Origin: Cenarchaeum sp.
GTDB lineage: Archaea; Thermoproteota; Nitrososphaeria; Nitrososphaerales; Nitrosopumilaceae
NCBI GenBank assembly: GCA_965242695.1
Contig: CBDESU010000002.1
Coordinates: forward strand, 192,001-256,000
Reading direction: 5' to 3'
Length of the DNA: 64,000 bases
The stretch's first letter is position 1; every line of letters starts with the position of its first letter. Below the pieces are notes generated by a model, which searched no databases, was not told the origin of the DNA, and saw only the letters and a list, made by a program, of their open reading frames with translations. This document shows, one piece after another, positions 30,977 through 40,819 of the stretch. Made by a program: the position numbers and the translations under genes.

Positions 30977-31496
30977 CGGAGTGGCGCTTCGAAGGATCGA
31001 GGATGACGACCTGGCTAGGTACATGCGCCTAGCCGGATCGAGGGGCGTCGTCGATGCGGCGCGGGTGGTTCATGATGACAACTGCTTCATTCTGCGCAAC
31101 GGGGACGGGCTGGTCGAGCACTTGGAGAAGCTTTCCCGCGCGGGCTCCAGCCGTTGCACCGTGCACGTGTCGATGTCATGCGAGGCGTCTGGCGGCGAGG
31201 GGGCGAAGCCTCCCCAGGCCGGCGGGTACAAGGTCATGTTTGTGCGGAGCCGCAAGGAAGGCGGCGAGGAGGCGAGGGGCGCAAGGCTGGCCAGCGAGAC
31301 AAGGGAGGGGCTGGCAAGGGCGCGTCCCGGGCGCCCGCTCCGAATGCTGAACCTCGGCCTCGGCGTAACCATCTTTGCCACCATGTCCGCCACATCCCTA
31401 GTGGCCATCTCCCCGCCGCTCAGCTACGTCTTTGCACTCGGCGCGCTGGCGCCTGCGGGCATCATGCTGGCCCGGGCGGCAAGGGGACATGTCTGA
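30963..31496 (+). CDS. Hypothetical protein with two C-terminal TM helices
   Basis: Overlaps the upstream gene by 14 nt. Hydrophobic LNLGLGVTIFATMSATSLVAI and LSYVFALGALAPAGIMLA. Confidence 0.55.
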   Translation: MEPHSGVALRRIEDDDLARYMRLAGSRGVVDAARVVHDDNCFILRNGDGLVEHLEKLSRAGSSRCTVHVSMSCEASGGEGAKPPQAGGYKVMFVRSRKEGGEEARGARLASETREGLARARPGRPLRMLNLGLGVTIFATMSATSLVAISPPLSYVFALGALAPAGIMLARAARGHV

Positions 31497-31761
31497 CCTG
31501 TGGGCGATCGGAAAAAACCCATGCGCTCTTTGCCGCGGCGTGGTGGCAATTGTGGCGCTGTCAGGATTTTCGATATTCAGCGATCATGGAGTGGCCAACT
31601 CGGATTTCTTCGGGCTGAGGCATTACGCGGGCGTCCACATCCCTCCCGCCGTGGACTCGTTCCTGACATTCCTGCTGGTAGCGGCCATATGGATCCTGTG
31701 CGAGCGGGTCATAGTCGCATACTTCATATGCAGGAAGCCCGCAAGGGGCGATGAGCCATAG
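31489..31761 (+). CDS. Small two-TM membrane protein
   Basis: Overlaps the upstream stop; two hydrophobic segments. Confidence 0.5.
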   Translation: MSDLWAIGKNPCALCRGVVAIVALSGFSIFSDHGVANSDFFGLRHYAGVHIPPAVDSFLTFLLVAAIWILCERVIVAYFICRKPARGDEP

Positions 31762-31806
31762 CATCCAAACACATCTAGATGGGCCGGACGGCACCTAGCA
31801 TCGCCC

Positions 31807-31965
31807 CGCCCGCAGACGATCGGCCGCCGGCCGCCGGCGTATGCCGTGCTTCTTGATCTTTTCGATGAGATCATCCCGCCCGCAGACGATCGGCCGCCGG
31901 CGATTCCGCGGGCCGCCCGCCGTCCTGCATCGAGCCCGCCGCGCCCGCAGACGATCGGCCGCCGG
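31807..31965. repeat. Three exact 24-bp direct repeats with 46- and 41-nt spacers
   Basis: CGCCCGCAGACGATCGGCCGCCGG at 31807, 31877 and 31942. Confidence 0.85.
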
Positions 31966-32130
31966 GCCGCCCTGCCTCCGCCTCTCCGAGGCCGGTCAAG
32001 GCATACGGGCCATCCTCATCGGGTCCCCCCTGCAACGCCGGGATACACCGACAACGGCGGCGATCACCGGCTCGCCGCGCCCAAGCTGCCCATGACTTTC
32101 AACGGAAAAAACCCCTCGCGGGCGGGCCGT

Positions 32131-32379
32131 TCAGTCCTGCCCGCCTGCGGTACGGCACGGCTTGTCGGGGCGCCTGTCTTCAAACGGCCTCACCTCGATC
32201 CTGTCCTTGCTGAACGTCTCGTAGTCCACCAGGCCGGCGCGGACGGGCGCGTACTCGTCGTACTGCGCCTGCGTCTCGGCAACCGTCAGCGGCTTGCCGG
32301 TCGCCTTGTTGTAGACCATGCCGCTTGCGATGGCCTCCCTGCACAGCTCGGTGTCCCTCTCGGTCCACTTTCTAGCCAT
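32131..32379 (-). CDS. Small hypothetical protein
   Basis: MARKWTERDTELCREAIASGMVYNKATGKPLT...; normal composition within GC-rich surroundings. Confidence 0.55.
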   Translation of the reverse strand: MARKWTERDTELCREAIASGMVYNKATGKPLTVAETQAQYDEYAPVRAGLVDYETFSKDRIEVRPFEDRRPDKPCRTAGGQD

Positions 32380-32718
32380 AGTTCCTGCCATGCCGGGGGC
32401 CGGACTGCGGCCGCATATGAACGTGCCTTCAGGCATGGTCACGCCCTGCCCCGCCGCGGCGGGGGCGGAGTGGGCTGCGGCGATCCACGGGGTGCGGACT
32501 GCACACGAACTGTCGGCCGAGGGCCGGCTTTTTCACGGCATCGGGGGAAGATGCAGTGCGCGGTGCCGCAGTCGGCGCCGCTGTGCCGTGCAGGCTGCCG
32601 AAAAAGGCGGCAGCGCATGGCGCGTTGATGGCGGTGCTCATGCCGCATGGCATGCCGCCTGCAGGCATGCACGCCGACATCTCAAGCAGGGATGCCGTCC
32701 CGCAAGAAAATCGCGCTG

Positions 32719-32728
32719 AAAAAAAAAA
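32719..32728 (-). terminator. Oligo-T archaeal-type terminator candidate
   Basis: T10 on the minus strand, 12 nt after the stop of 32741-33055. Confidence 0.45.
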
Positions 32729-32740
32729 GAGTCTGCCCTG

Positions 32741-33055
32741 TCATTCCTCGATCATGAGGGGTATCGGCTCTTCGAGCAGCTCCTCCGTGAGGCGGCCGGC
32801 CCTGGGCCTGGCGTTGCGCACGATCTCGAGCATCTTTTCGACGTCTTCCGGCACGTTGACCTCGGCCACCCCGTGCGGGCATCTCGACTTGAGCCGTAGG
32901 TACTCGTGGGCAAATGCCCGGCCCATGAACGCGACCCCCGCAAAGTCCAGCTCCGCCTCGCCATCCCTGAAGGCGGCGTGGTCGAACAGGTGCACGGCCG
33001 TCCCGCGCAGCGCCAAGTTCTTGGCCACCTCTTCCACTACCATCAGCCTTGTCAT
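32741..33055 (-). CDS. STAS-like (DUF4325) protein
   Basis: LALR..A..LF...ELDFAGVAFMGRAFAHEY...VNV..DV..ML..V. TTTATA upstream at ~33080. Confidence 0.7.
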   Translation of the reverse strand: MTRLMVVEEVAKNLALRGTAVHLFDHAAFRDGEAELDFAGVAFMGRAFAHEYLRLKSRCPHGVAEVNVPEDVEKMLEIVRNARPRAGRLTEELLEEPIPLMIEE

Positions 33056-33496
33056 CGGGGGCGGGGCGATTCGGTGCGGTATAAACCGTTGCAGGGGCGG
33101 CCGCGGTGTTAATGCACACTCAGGCGCAGGGCGCCTAGCGCAGGCGCTACACAGGAGACGCCCTGCGCCTGCCAACACCTAATCCGTGCTGCTATTGCCA
33201 TGCCTATCGTTGAAAGATACTAGCAGTATTGATTCACATATGCGGCGTGTCTGCATCCCATGAAGAAACGGACAGCGACAATGCCGTACCGGCCTGCAAT
33301 TGCAACGATTGTGTCCGCTGCGCAGCCCACGCACCAGCGGCGCCGCCTCCGCCGGCGACGGCCGGGCCGGGGCCCCAAGGAGGGCGGCGGCCGGGGCCCC
33401 AAGGAGGGCGGCGGCGGCCCGATCGCGCCTAGCGCCGCGCTCGCAGGTGGCGGGAACCGCCGGCGCAGGGGGCGCCTAGGCAGTCCGAAGGAGCCG

Positions 33497-34377
33497 TCAT
33501 GCATCGCCGATCCTGATCGCGCAGCGGCCGCCTCCGCCTCCGGCGCGCAGGCCGCCGTTCCTGTCCGGGCGCCTCGCAAATTCCTTCACGTCGATCCCGT
33601 CGTCCGGCGGGACGCGGCCGCGAAAGCCGCTCCCGCGCGCGCCGTCCCCGCCCCTGTCCAGACATGCGGCCTCGCACGCCCGCCTGCGCGCCTCCGCCGC
33701 CTCGCGGTATTCTTGGCGGTTCAGTTTCTGGCCGCCGCGCACCCTGACCGCGCCGCCCCTGATCGCAAACCCGCAACCGCCCGCACCGCCGCACAGGCGG
33801 GAAATCGGCCCAGAGGGGATGCTTTCGACATTTTTCCGCCCGCGGCCCCTCAGGACGGCGGCGGCAGGTCCCGCGGCGGCGCCCGCATCGACGCGGGCGG
33901 TCCCGTCGACGGGCCTTGGGCCGCAAATCCAGCAGACCCCCTCCGCATGCTCGCGGCAAGCGGCGCGCAGAGGTACCACGCGTCGTCTATGAGGGTGCAC
34001 CCGAGCAGGCCGGCCTTGGCGCCTCGCGTCTAGCCGCTTGTCCCGACCGCGGGCAGGACAAGAACGAAGAGGCCGCCTCCGGCCCCAAAAGGAGCGGGGC
34101 CTGGCCGGAAGGCGCCCCAAAGGAGCTGGGGCGGCCGGGCAGGGGCCGCTTGAACTGCAGCGGCACGTACCTGCCGTCCAGCAGCCCGACCTGGGAGTCG
34201 CAGCCCATGCGGGCCTCTGCATTCTGGGCCGGCGATGCCATCGCGATGCCGCCCTCGGCAGGGCCTCCCCCGCCCTCAGGGCAGCTTGCCAGGCAACGGA
34301 GCACGTTCACCTCGAGGGACGTCTCGCTCGGCTGCGGGCGCTCCGTACAGGAGCGCTCGCCCGGCTGCGGGCGCCAT
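33497..34377 (-). pseudogene. Frameshifted copy of the restriction-endonuclease-like gene at 37525
   Basis: SLEVNVLR, ASPAQNAEARMGCDSQV and LQFKRP; three frames are needed to align it to 37525-38421. Confidence 0.8.
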
Positions 34378-34898
34378 CGGGCTGGCGCCTGCACGGCATC
34401 GGCACGATCCACGCCCCCCCCCCCCATCTCGGACGGGCCGCCGGCAGGCTTGGGAACCCCGCCTCGAGCCGCCGGCGCGGCGCAGTCGGCCTCCTGCACC
34501 TCCACCCCCTCCGTCGCGGCGTCAGATACGGCTGCTGCGCGTCGAGGCGCGGCACGTCCCCTGGGACGGCAGGGCGGGCCGCAGGCCGGCACGGGCGACC
34601 GCCGCCGCGCGGCGGCGCTGGGCCCAATGGTTGAACCCATGTAAACCCCCGCGGGCGCGGCGGCTTATCGGGCGGTCTTAATTTTCAGCCACCAGCCGCG
34701 CCGTGTCCGCAGGGGCAGTGCGGGAGCAGTCCGCGTCTCTGGACGCGCTGCACGGGTTTGCGTTCCATCCCCAGGTCAGAACCGCCTGCCGCCTACAGAG
34801 TCCAACGCCCCACGGTTGCCATGAACCACGCCATCTTGGACGCAGCGCCTAGCGGCGCCTGCTGAACGTCAGGAGGCCGAACCTCGCAGTCCGGCCCG

Positions 34899-34925
34899 CT
34901 TTATATACAAACAATCTTTTTATAG
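34899..34925 (+). promoter_or_regulatory. TATA-box region for the antitoxin/Doc-TPR operon
   Basis: CTTTATATAC and TTTTTATA 28-50 nt upstream of ATG 34953. Confidence 0.55.
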
Positions 34926-34952
34926 TCGGTCGGCGCACCTGCGCCGACCGAC

Positions 34953-35225
34953 ATGCCATCAATAAGCACGGATCAGCACAACACGGCGTACGTGCAAACA
35001 GGCCTGTTGCGGTGTCCGCACCACAGGCGGGAGACGGTCCGAGCGCGGCCCCCGAGCGCCGGGGTCGACGTGCAGGGGCCGGGCCACAGCGACGAGTACA
35101 TCAAGTCGTGGCAGGCGCTCATGCCCTTGGACGCCCGGAACCTAACACCCGAGCAGAGGCGTATAATCCTAGACAAGCTGTACCGCCGGCACTTCATAGT
35201 GTACGACCGGCTCGCGGAGATCTAG
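34953..35225 (+). CDS. Putative Doc antitoxin
   Basis: Small ORF directly upstream of Doc. C-terminal helix ILDKLYRRHFIVYDRLAEI resembles Phd-type Doc-neutralising tails. Confidence 0.55.
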   Translation: MPSISTDQHNTAYVQTGLLRCPHHRRETVRARPPSAGVDVQGPGHSDEYIKSWQALMPLDARNLTPEQRRIILDKLYRRHFIVYDRLAEI

Positions 35226-35349
35226 CACGGGCGGTTGCATGTGATGCCGCCTTTGCCACATGCTAGACGCGGGATCGCGCTCAAGGAGCGCCCGCTCCGC
35301 GGCGTCCATGCTGGTACGGCGAAGGCAGAAGGGGCGGGGCGAACGACAC

Positions 35350-37113
35350 ATGGTTATCTATAGCCTGGCGTACGACGACATAATGGACATGCTCGGGACG
35401 CTAAACCGCCGTCATTGCGTGAATGCCACGGTAATGAACAAGGGCCAGCTAGAAGCGGCCCTAGAAAAACCGGATTTGTCCATGTTCGGCAAAGTGTTCT
35501 ATCCCGAACTGCATCAAAAGGCCGCAATTCTTATGGAGTCTCTCTGCAAATCCCACTGTCTAAGCGACGGGAATAAACGCACATCGATGATGGCGGCGGA
35601 GTACCTGGTCAGCGCAAATGGCGCTACGCTCGTACTTCCGCTAAAATCCATACGCCTAACTGTCGATTGCGCCATGGACAAAGACGACAAGATGTCCGAC
35701 GAGCTGATCATGTGGTTCAAGACCCACATCGCTCAAGACCCGATCCAGCTCTCCATAATGTTTGAAGAGCTGATCGAGGAGCGGTTGATCGTGACCACGC
35801 TACTGAGCCAAGGCGAGTATGACAAGGCTGAGAAGATTGTCGACAAATGGCTTGTTTTTGACAATTATCCCGAAAGCAAGGCGATGTGGGATGATCTGAC
35901 GGACAAATGGAAAAAGCGAGACAGATCGATGGGATCTGAGCCGGGGGCGTCACGATCGAATTTTTCTCCATGGCTGTCTATAAGCCCCGAACTCAGAATA
36001 GAGGACAGTGTTAACCTTGCATCGATCCTGCCTGATGCCAGAGCAACCAACCCCGTTTATACGGAACACAGCATGAGCGAGCTAAAAAGGGTAGAAAATT
36101 ACATACAGGCGCAATCTGCACAGAGTAGTACGTCTTCGCTGCAGCGGGCAGCAGGCATCTTGGAAGGCTTCCACAGTCACAAGAATGCGTGTTTGGTTTA
36201 CGACAAGTTGATCGAAGTGGAGGGGAGGAGCAATCGCATTATGCATCGCAAGTTGTTTAACTTAGTCTTTAGCGAGCAATACAATGAAGCGCTGGCCTTG
36301 TCGAACCAGTTGCTAGAGTTGGATCAAAACTCCGTCCACGTAAACAGACTCAGAGCCAGAACGTGCGACATCATGGGAGATCGTTTGTCGGCACTGGAGT
36401 CTGCAAACCGAGTCCTAAAACAGATCCCGGATGATCTCCCCATGCTTAAAATCAAGGTGGACATAATCCGTGAGGATTATCCGTCGGACGCCACAAAACT
36501 GGACAGGGAAATATACCGCCTAGACCCCGACGATCTCGTGTCAGCTAAAAATATGGCGGTGTCGCTATCCGATCAGGGCAGAAACGAGGAAGCCATAAAA
36601 CTATTTGACAAAATACTGTCCAGAGCGCCCCGAGATGCCGCGGCGCATTATAGCAAGGGGCTATGTCTGTCACGCTTGGACAAAAACGAGGATGCGCTGA
36701 CATATTATGAAAAATCACTGCAAGTCGACCCAAGATATGTCATGGCGTTAATTAACATGGGAGCCATCTATATGAATGATGACAAAAAGAATGAAGCGTA
36801 TGACTGCCTATCCAAAGCGCTGAAATTGAGCCCCGAACACCCCATTGGTCTGCTAAATATGGGGGTAGTGCTACTGTCGCAGGAAAATGCTCAAGAGTCT
36901 ATCAACGTGCTCAACAAACTCCTTTCGGTCGATCATCTTAATGCCAACGGCATGTACTTGCTAGCACAGGCATACGTAAAACGTGATAAAACAGTCCACT
37001 CGCTTGACATTCTAGAGCGCCTTGTAAACATAGACCCGTCCTACAAATCTCGGATAAAAAATGACCCCAATTTTTATCAATTGCGAGACTTGCGCCGCTT
37101 TCAAAATCTGTAG
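35350..37113 (+). CDS. Fic/Doc toxin fused to C-terminal TPR repeats
   Basis: LEAALEKP, FGKVFYPELHQKAA and HCLSDGNKRTS (Doc-type GNKRT); multiple TPRs (AHYSKGLCLSRLDK.EDAL..YEKSL.VDP). Low GC. Confidence 0.88.
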   Translation: MVIYSLAYDDIMDMLGTLNRRHCVNATVMNKGQLEAALEKPDLSMFGKVFYPELHQKAAILMESLCKSHCLSDGNKRTSMMAAEYLVSANGATLVLPLKSIRLTVDCAMDKDDKMSDELIMWFKTHIAQDPIQLSIMFEELIEERLIVTTLLSQGEYDKAEKIVDKWLVFDNYPESKAMWDDLTDKWKKRDRSMGSEPGASRSNFSPWLSISPELRIEDSVNLASILPDARATNPVYTEHSMSELKRVENYIQAQSAQSSTSSLQRAAGILEGFHSHKNACLVYDKLIEVEGRSNRIMHRKLFNLVFSEQYNEALALSNQLLELDQNSVHVNRLRARTCDIMGDRLSALESANRVLKQIPDDLPMLKIKVDIIREDYPSDATKLDREIYRLDPDDLVSAKNMAVSLSDQGRNEEAIKLFDKILSRAPRDAAAHYSKGLCLSRLDKNEDALTYYEKSLQVDPRYVMALINMGAIYMNDDKKNEAYDCLSKALKLSPEHPIGLLNMGVVLLSQENAQESINVLNKLLSVDHLNANGMYLLAQAYVKRDKTVHSLDILERLVNIDPSYKSRIKNDPNFYQLRDLRRFQNL

Positions 37114-37253
37114 TCACGACGAAAAATTTAGAGATGGCAGGGCAATTACACAGTTTAATTTTGTAATAATCCAGTTCGATGAAATGTACAAGGTGGCCTC
37201 CATATCATTGCGGACACCAACTGACAGGCCATTTACCCTGCACGCGACATGAA

Positions 37254-37476
37254 CGGGAGACGGGTCGGGCGCAGTCACCGAACACCGAGGGCACCGCGCA
37301 AGAGCCGGGTCACAGCGACGAGTGCATCAGGTCATGGCAGGCGCTCATGTCCTTGGACGCCCGGAACCTGACACCCAAGCAGAGGCAGACGATCCTAGAC
37401 AAGTTGCACAGCGGCACTCCATACTGTGCGACCGGCTCGCGGAGACCTAGCACGGGCGGTCGTGCGCGATGCCGCC
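37254..37476 (+). pseudogene. Degenerate copy of the antitoxin 3' part (direct repeat of 35028-35251)
   Basis: PGHSDECIRSWQALMSLDARNLTPKQRQTILDKL matches 34953, followed by a frameshift. Confidence 0.8.
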
Positions 37477-37524
37477 CTGGCGGCGGCCGGACGCGGGAAT
37501 GCGCCGGGCGGAGCGGCAGGGCAG

Positions 37525-38421
37525 TCATGCATCGCCGATCCTGATCGCATAGCGGCCGCCTCTGGCAGCAGAGGCGGTGCCCGTTCCGCTCCCGCCAGGA
37601 CTCTCCGTGTTGCCCTCTTCGCGCGCGTGCCCAAGCGCGGTCGGGACCTCGGAGGCGGGTGCGTGCAGGTCTCCCCCGTCCTTGTAGTCAGGGTGCGCCT
37701 CTGCATGCGCCCGTGCGCGCCCCGCTGCCGCCTCCCTCCATTCCTTGCAGCCCCACTTCCCGCCGCCGCGCATCCTGACCGAGCCGCCCCTTACTGCAAA
37801 CCCAAGGCCGCCCGTGCCGTCGCACATGCTCGAAATCGGCCTGGAGTAGAGTCCCTCGATCCACTTCCGCCCGCGTCCCTGCGAGACGTCGACGGCGGCC
37901 CCTGCGCCGGCAGCGGCATCGGCGGCGTCAACGCGGACGGTCCGGACGAACGTCTTGGCACTGCGAACCCAGCGGCGGCCCTCCGTCGTGCTGGCCGCAA
38001 GCGGCATGTAGAGGTCCCACGCGTCGACGACGAGGGTGCGGCCGAGCAGGCCGGCCCTGGCGCCCCACATCTTGCCGTTCGTCCCGACCGCGGGCAGGAC
38101 AAGGAACGAGGATGCCGGGCAGGTCTTCAGGAGCGCCGAGACCTGGCGGGAGGGCACCTTGAAGGACAGCGTGTCGCCGCTTGGCAGGGGCCGCTTGAAC
38201 TGCAGCAGCACGTACCTGCCGTCCGGCAGCTTGACCTGCGAGTCGTAGCCTAGGAGGGCCTCTGCATTCTGGGTCGGCGATGCCATCTCAACATAGCCCT
38301 CCTCAAGGGGTACCTTGCGCTCGATGCAGTTTGCTAGGTAGCGGAGCACGTTCACCTCGAGGGACATCTCGCTCGGTGCGGACGCGCCGGACAGGAGCGT
38401 TCGCTTGGCTGCGGGCGCCAT
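37525..38421 (-). CDS. PD-(D/E)xK-variant (D...QxK) restriction-endonuclease-like protein
   Basis: SEMSLEVN, SPTQNAEALLGYD and YVLLQFKRP motifs. Confidence 0.65.
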   Translation of the reverse strand: MAPAAKRTLLSGASAPSEMSLEVNVLRYLANCIERKVPLEEGYVEMASPTQNAEALLGYDSQVKLPDGRYVLLQFKRPLPSGDTLSFKVPSRQVSALLKTCPASSFLVLPAVGTNGKMWGARAGLLGRTLVVDAWDLYMPLAASTTEGRRWVRSAKTFVRTVRVDAADAAAGAGAAVDVSQGRGRKWIEGLYSRPISSMCDGTGGLGFAVRGGSVRMRGGGKWGCKEWREAAAGRARAHAEAHPDYKDGGDLHAPASEVPTALGHAREEGNTESPGGSGTGTASAARGGRYAIRIGDA

Positions 38422-38685
38422 CGGGCGGGCACCCCGCACGGGCGTAATAGCGCTTTGCCGTCCGATCGCCTTGATGCCGTCAGCCGTCACAAGGGCCATT
38501 GCGGCGAGCCGCCCGAGCGCCCCGCGCCACCTGCGGCCAGGGTGCGGGCAGGGGGCGCAGTCGGCCCGCCGCTCCCGCACCCCGTGCCGCCTGCGCAGGC
38601 GCTCCCGAGATGTAGCTGCCGCCCCGCCAAGCAATGCCGCCGGAAGCGCCGCGCCCCGAGCGCCGCGGCGGCCTTGGACTGCGGC

Positions 38686-39156
38686 TCACCACATCTCGTA
38701 CTTGCTGAGCGCGGCGTACTCGGGGTACCTTGCATAGACGTGCCTCAAGAGGTCGGGCAGGGCGGTGTCGTTGAACTCGGCCTTTATTTCCTCAAGCTTG
38801 TCGTACGCCTTGTTGAAGCCGTATTCTTCGTACCGCGGATCGGACAAGAGCCTGCCGGCGGTCTCCCTGCCCGCCTCGGTGATGGTATAGGTGTACACCG
38901 TCCTGGCGGGGCGATCAGAGTCTGACCTGCCCTCGCCTATCAGCCCGTCCGACGTGAGCGCGTCGATGTCCCGCTGAAGCGTCTTCGAGTACGGCCCGTA
39001 GTCGAACGGGGCAAAGCCCAAGTTGGGAATGCGCTCATCGTCCTTGAGGTGCTCCCGCATGAGAAAGATCATCTTTTGGAAGCGCGTCCGGCCTCGGACG
39101 GGCGCGCCGCCGCATGCATGCGCCAAGAGGAGCGGGTATACCTGCCTAGGAGTCAA
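38686..39156 (-). CDS. SocA/DUF4065-like winged-helix protein
   Basis: VRGRTRFQKMIFL, F.PFDYGPYSKTL..DIDAL, YTITEAG and LLRHVYARYPEY. TTG start overlaps the TrmB stop. Confidence 0.75.
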   Translation of the reverse strand: MTPRQVYPLLLAHACGGAPVRGRTRFQKMIFLMREHLKDDERIPNLGFAPFDYGPYSKTLQRDIDALTSDGLIGEGRSDSDRPARTVYTYTITEAGRETAGRLLSDPRYEEYGFNKAYDKLEEIKAEFNDTALPDLLRHVYARYPEYAALSKYEMW

Positions 39157-39886
39157 GATCCGGCACCCTAACCTCCTTGCCTGCCTTAAACCCCCTCTTG
39201 AACCTTTCCACATGCGGCGCCGCAAAGCTGCGATCCCTGACCAGCAGGGCGCAGTCGGGCGCCTCAAACCTGGCCATGACGACCTCGTCGTCAATCAGGC
39301 AGCACGTCTCAATGTCCCTGCACGTGCGGGCCTCTGCCCCGCGCATGTAGGGCTCGCCCGACATTGAAAGGGACTCGGGCACGGCCAGCTCGACCTTCAC
39401 CGTCTCCGCCTTTTTTGCCAGCATCTCGGCATGCGCATCAAGCCACCGCAGGTCGCGATCCGCTATCCTCACCGACTCCTTGCAGCCGGCCAAGAGCTCG
39501 TGCATCTGCACCTGTATGCCTCCCATGCCGTACACCGTCCAGCAGGCCGCGCTCCGGGCACCCTGCGCGTGCCTCTCCTCGTACGCCTCTTCGGCCGCGC
39601 CGACTGCCGCGTCCCTTGATGCCTGAAGGGCCGTGAGCTCCTTGTCGAGGACCCCCCGCGGGTGTTGCGCGTCGTACAGGGCGGGCCTGTCGCCGATCTT
39701 TACGATGACGCCCCTCTGGTTGAGCTCCTCAAGGACGGAGTATATCTTGCCCTGGGCGACCCCCGACCTAGCAGCCAGGTCGGCTGGCTTCATCACCCCC
39801 TGCTCGACCAGGGTGGCATAGACGGATGCGTTGCCCTCGCTCCAGCCGATCCCCTTTAACGCCTCGACGAGGCGATCGCGGGCCAT
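39146..39886 (-). CDS. TrmB-family transcriptional regulator
   Basis: L..IG.SE..A.VY.TL...G......LA..SGV.QGKIYSVL..L..RG, RPALY.A..P, followed by a PLD-like effector domain. Confidence 0.88.
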   Translation of the reverse strand: MARDRLVEALKGIGWSEGNASVYATLVEQGVMKPADLAARSGVAQGKIYSVLEELNQRGVIVKIGDRPALYDAQHPRGVLDKELTALQASRDAAVGAAEEAYEERHAQGARSAACWTVYGMGGIQVQMHELLAGCKESVRIADRDLRWLDAHAEMLAKKAETVKVELAVPESLSMSGEPYMRGAEARTCRDIETCCLIDDEVVMARFEAPDCALLVRDRSFAAPHVERFKRGFKAGKEVRVPDLDS

Positions 39887-39904
39887 CCGGCCGCGCCGCC
39901 TCAT

Positions 39905-39985
39905 GCTCCCTTATAACAATACTATCGTACGCGGGGCCAACCTGTGTTCATCCGTGAGTTTTTTTGAGTGCTTTTATATAGGGGG
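39905..39985. promoter_or_regulatory. Divergent promoter region between TrmB and the Ubl operon
   Basis: TTATAA at 39911 (25 nt before TrmB ATG) and TTTTATATA at 39972 (26 nt before Ubl ATG); AT-rich island. Confidence 0.65.
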
Positions 39986-40005
39986 GTAGAAGGCCCCCCG
40001 GCAAG

Positions 40006-40302
40006 ATGAGGAAAAATGTCATCGTCATCGATGCCGCCAACGCCCGAGAGGCAAGCGTGAGCGTCGATGACGGCGAGACAATCGACTCTGCCCTCGACAG
40101 GGGGTACGAGGAGCTCGGAGAGACGCGCCGCCCCAACGCCCATTTTGTGGACGGAGAGGGGAATAGCCTCGACGGCAAGCTGAGCGAGCCGGTCCGCACG
40201 ATCGAGACCGACCAGGACGGCAACACGACCATCGAGATCAGGAGCCCCACAGGGGGCGCCTGCCTTTTTTCTATCGGAGGGGACGGGGATGGCGCCTGCT
40301 AG
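40006..40302 (+). CDS. Ubiquitin-like (beta-grasp) protein with GG at 83-84 and a 14-aa extension (BilA-like)
   Basis: Beta-beta-alpha pattern (NVIVID..ASVSVDDGETIDSALDRGYEELG), ends TIEIRSPTGG-A; first gene of an E2/JAB/E1 operon. Confidence 0.7.
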   Translation: MRKNVIVIDAANAREASVSVDDGETIDSALDRGYEELGETRRPNAHFVDGEGNSLDGKLSEPVRTIETDQDGNTTIEIRSPTGGACLFSIGGDGDGAC

Positions 40303-40819
40303 GCCCGACACCGCGATCGCCCGATCGCAGTTCAAAGAGGACCTGATCAAGGTCGCGGGCAGCAGGCGCGCCAGGCAGCACGGCTGGCTGTTCAAGCCGG
40401 ACTACAAGGGCCTGCGCCTGCGCGTCGACATGTGGTCGCTTGACAAAGGCTGCGAACGGCGCGACGACTACCACATAGACATGGACATGTCGTACTACCG
40501 CGACTGGCCGCCCGGCGTGACCTTTGTCAACCCGGACACGGGATCCTTCGATCCGAACAGGGACGCGCGGTGGCTTCCCGCAAACCCCGCCATGAACCCA
40601 CCCGGCGTCAATATCGGCTACCACCTCTCGTACACCCTGACCGACGGCGTGACCAAGCAGATGGTCTGCAACTCGATGGTGCTAGAGTACTACCAGTCGA
40701 ACCATGCGCCCAAGCCCGAAGAGGTGTGGGATTCCAGGCGCCACACCCTGCATGCGACCCTGACGGTGCTCCAAGACCTGCTAAGGGAGCCGTACTACGG
40801 AGGTCGACGCTCGCAATGA
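40289..40819 (+). CDS. Prokaryotic E2 ubiquitin-conjugating-like enzyme (BilB-like)
   Basis: DMSYYRDWPPGVTFVNP (E2 Y..PP.V.F motif) and MVCNSMVLEYY..NH...W with a candidate catalytic Cys. Confidence 0.75.
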   Translation: MAPARPDTAIARSQFKEDLIKVAGSRRARQHGWLFKPDYKGLRLRVDMWSLDKGCERRDDYHIDMDMSYYRDWPPGVTFVNPDTGSFDPNRDARWLPANPAMNPPGVNIGYHLSYTLTDGVTKQMVCNSMVLEYYQSNHAPKPEEVWDSRRHTLHATLTVLQDLLREPYYGGRRSQ

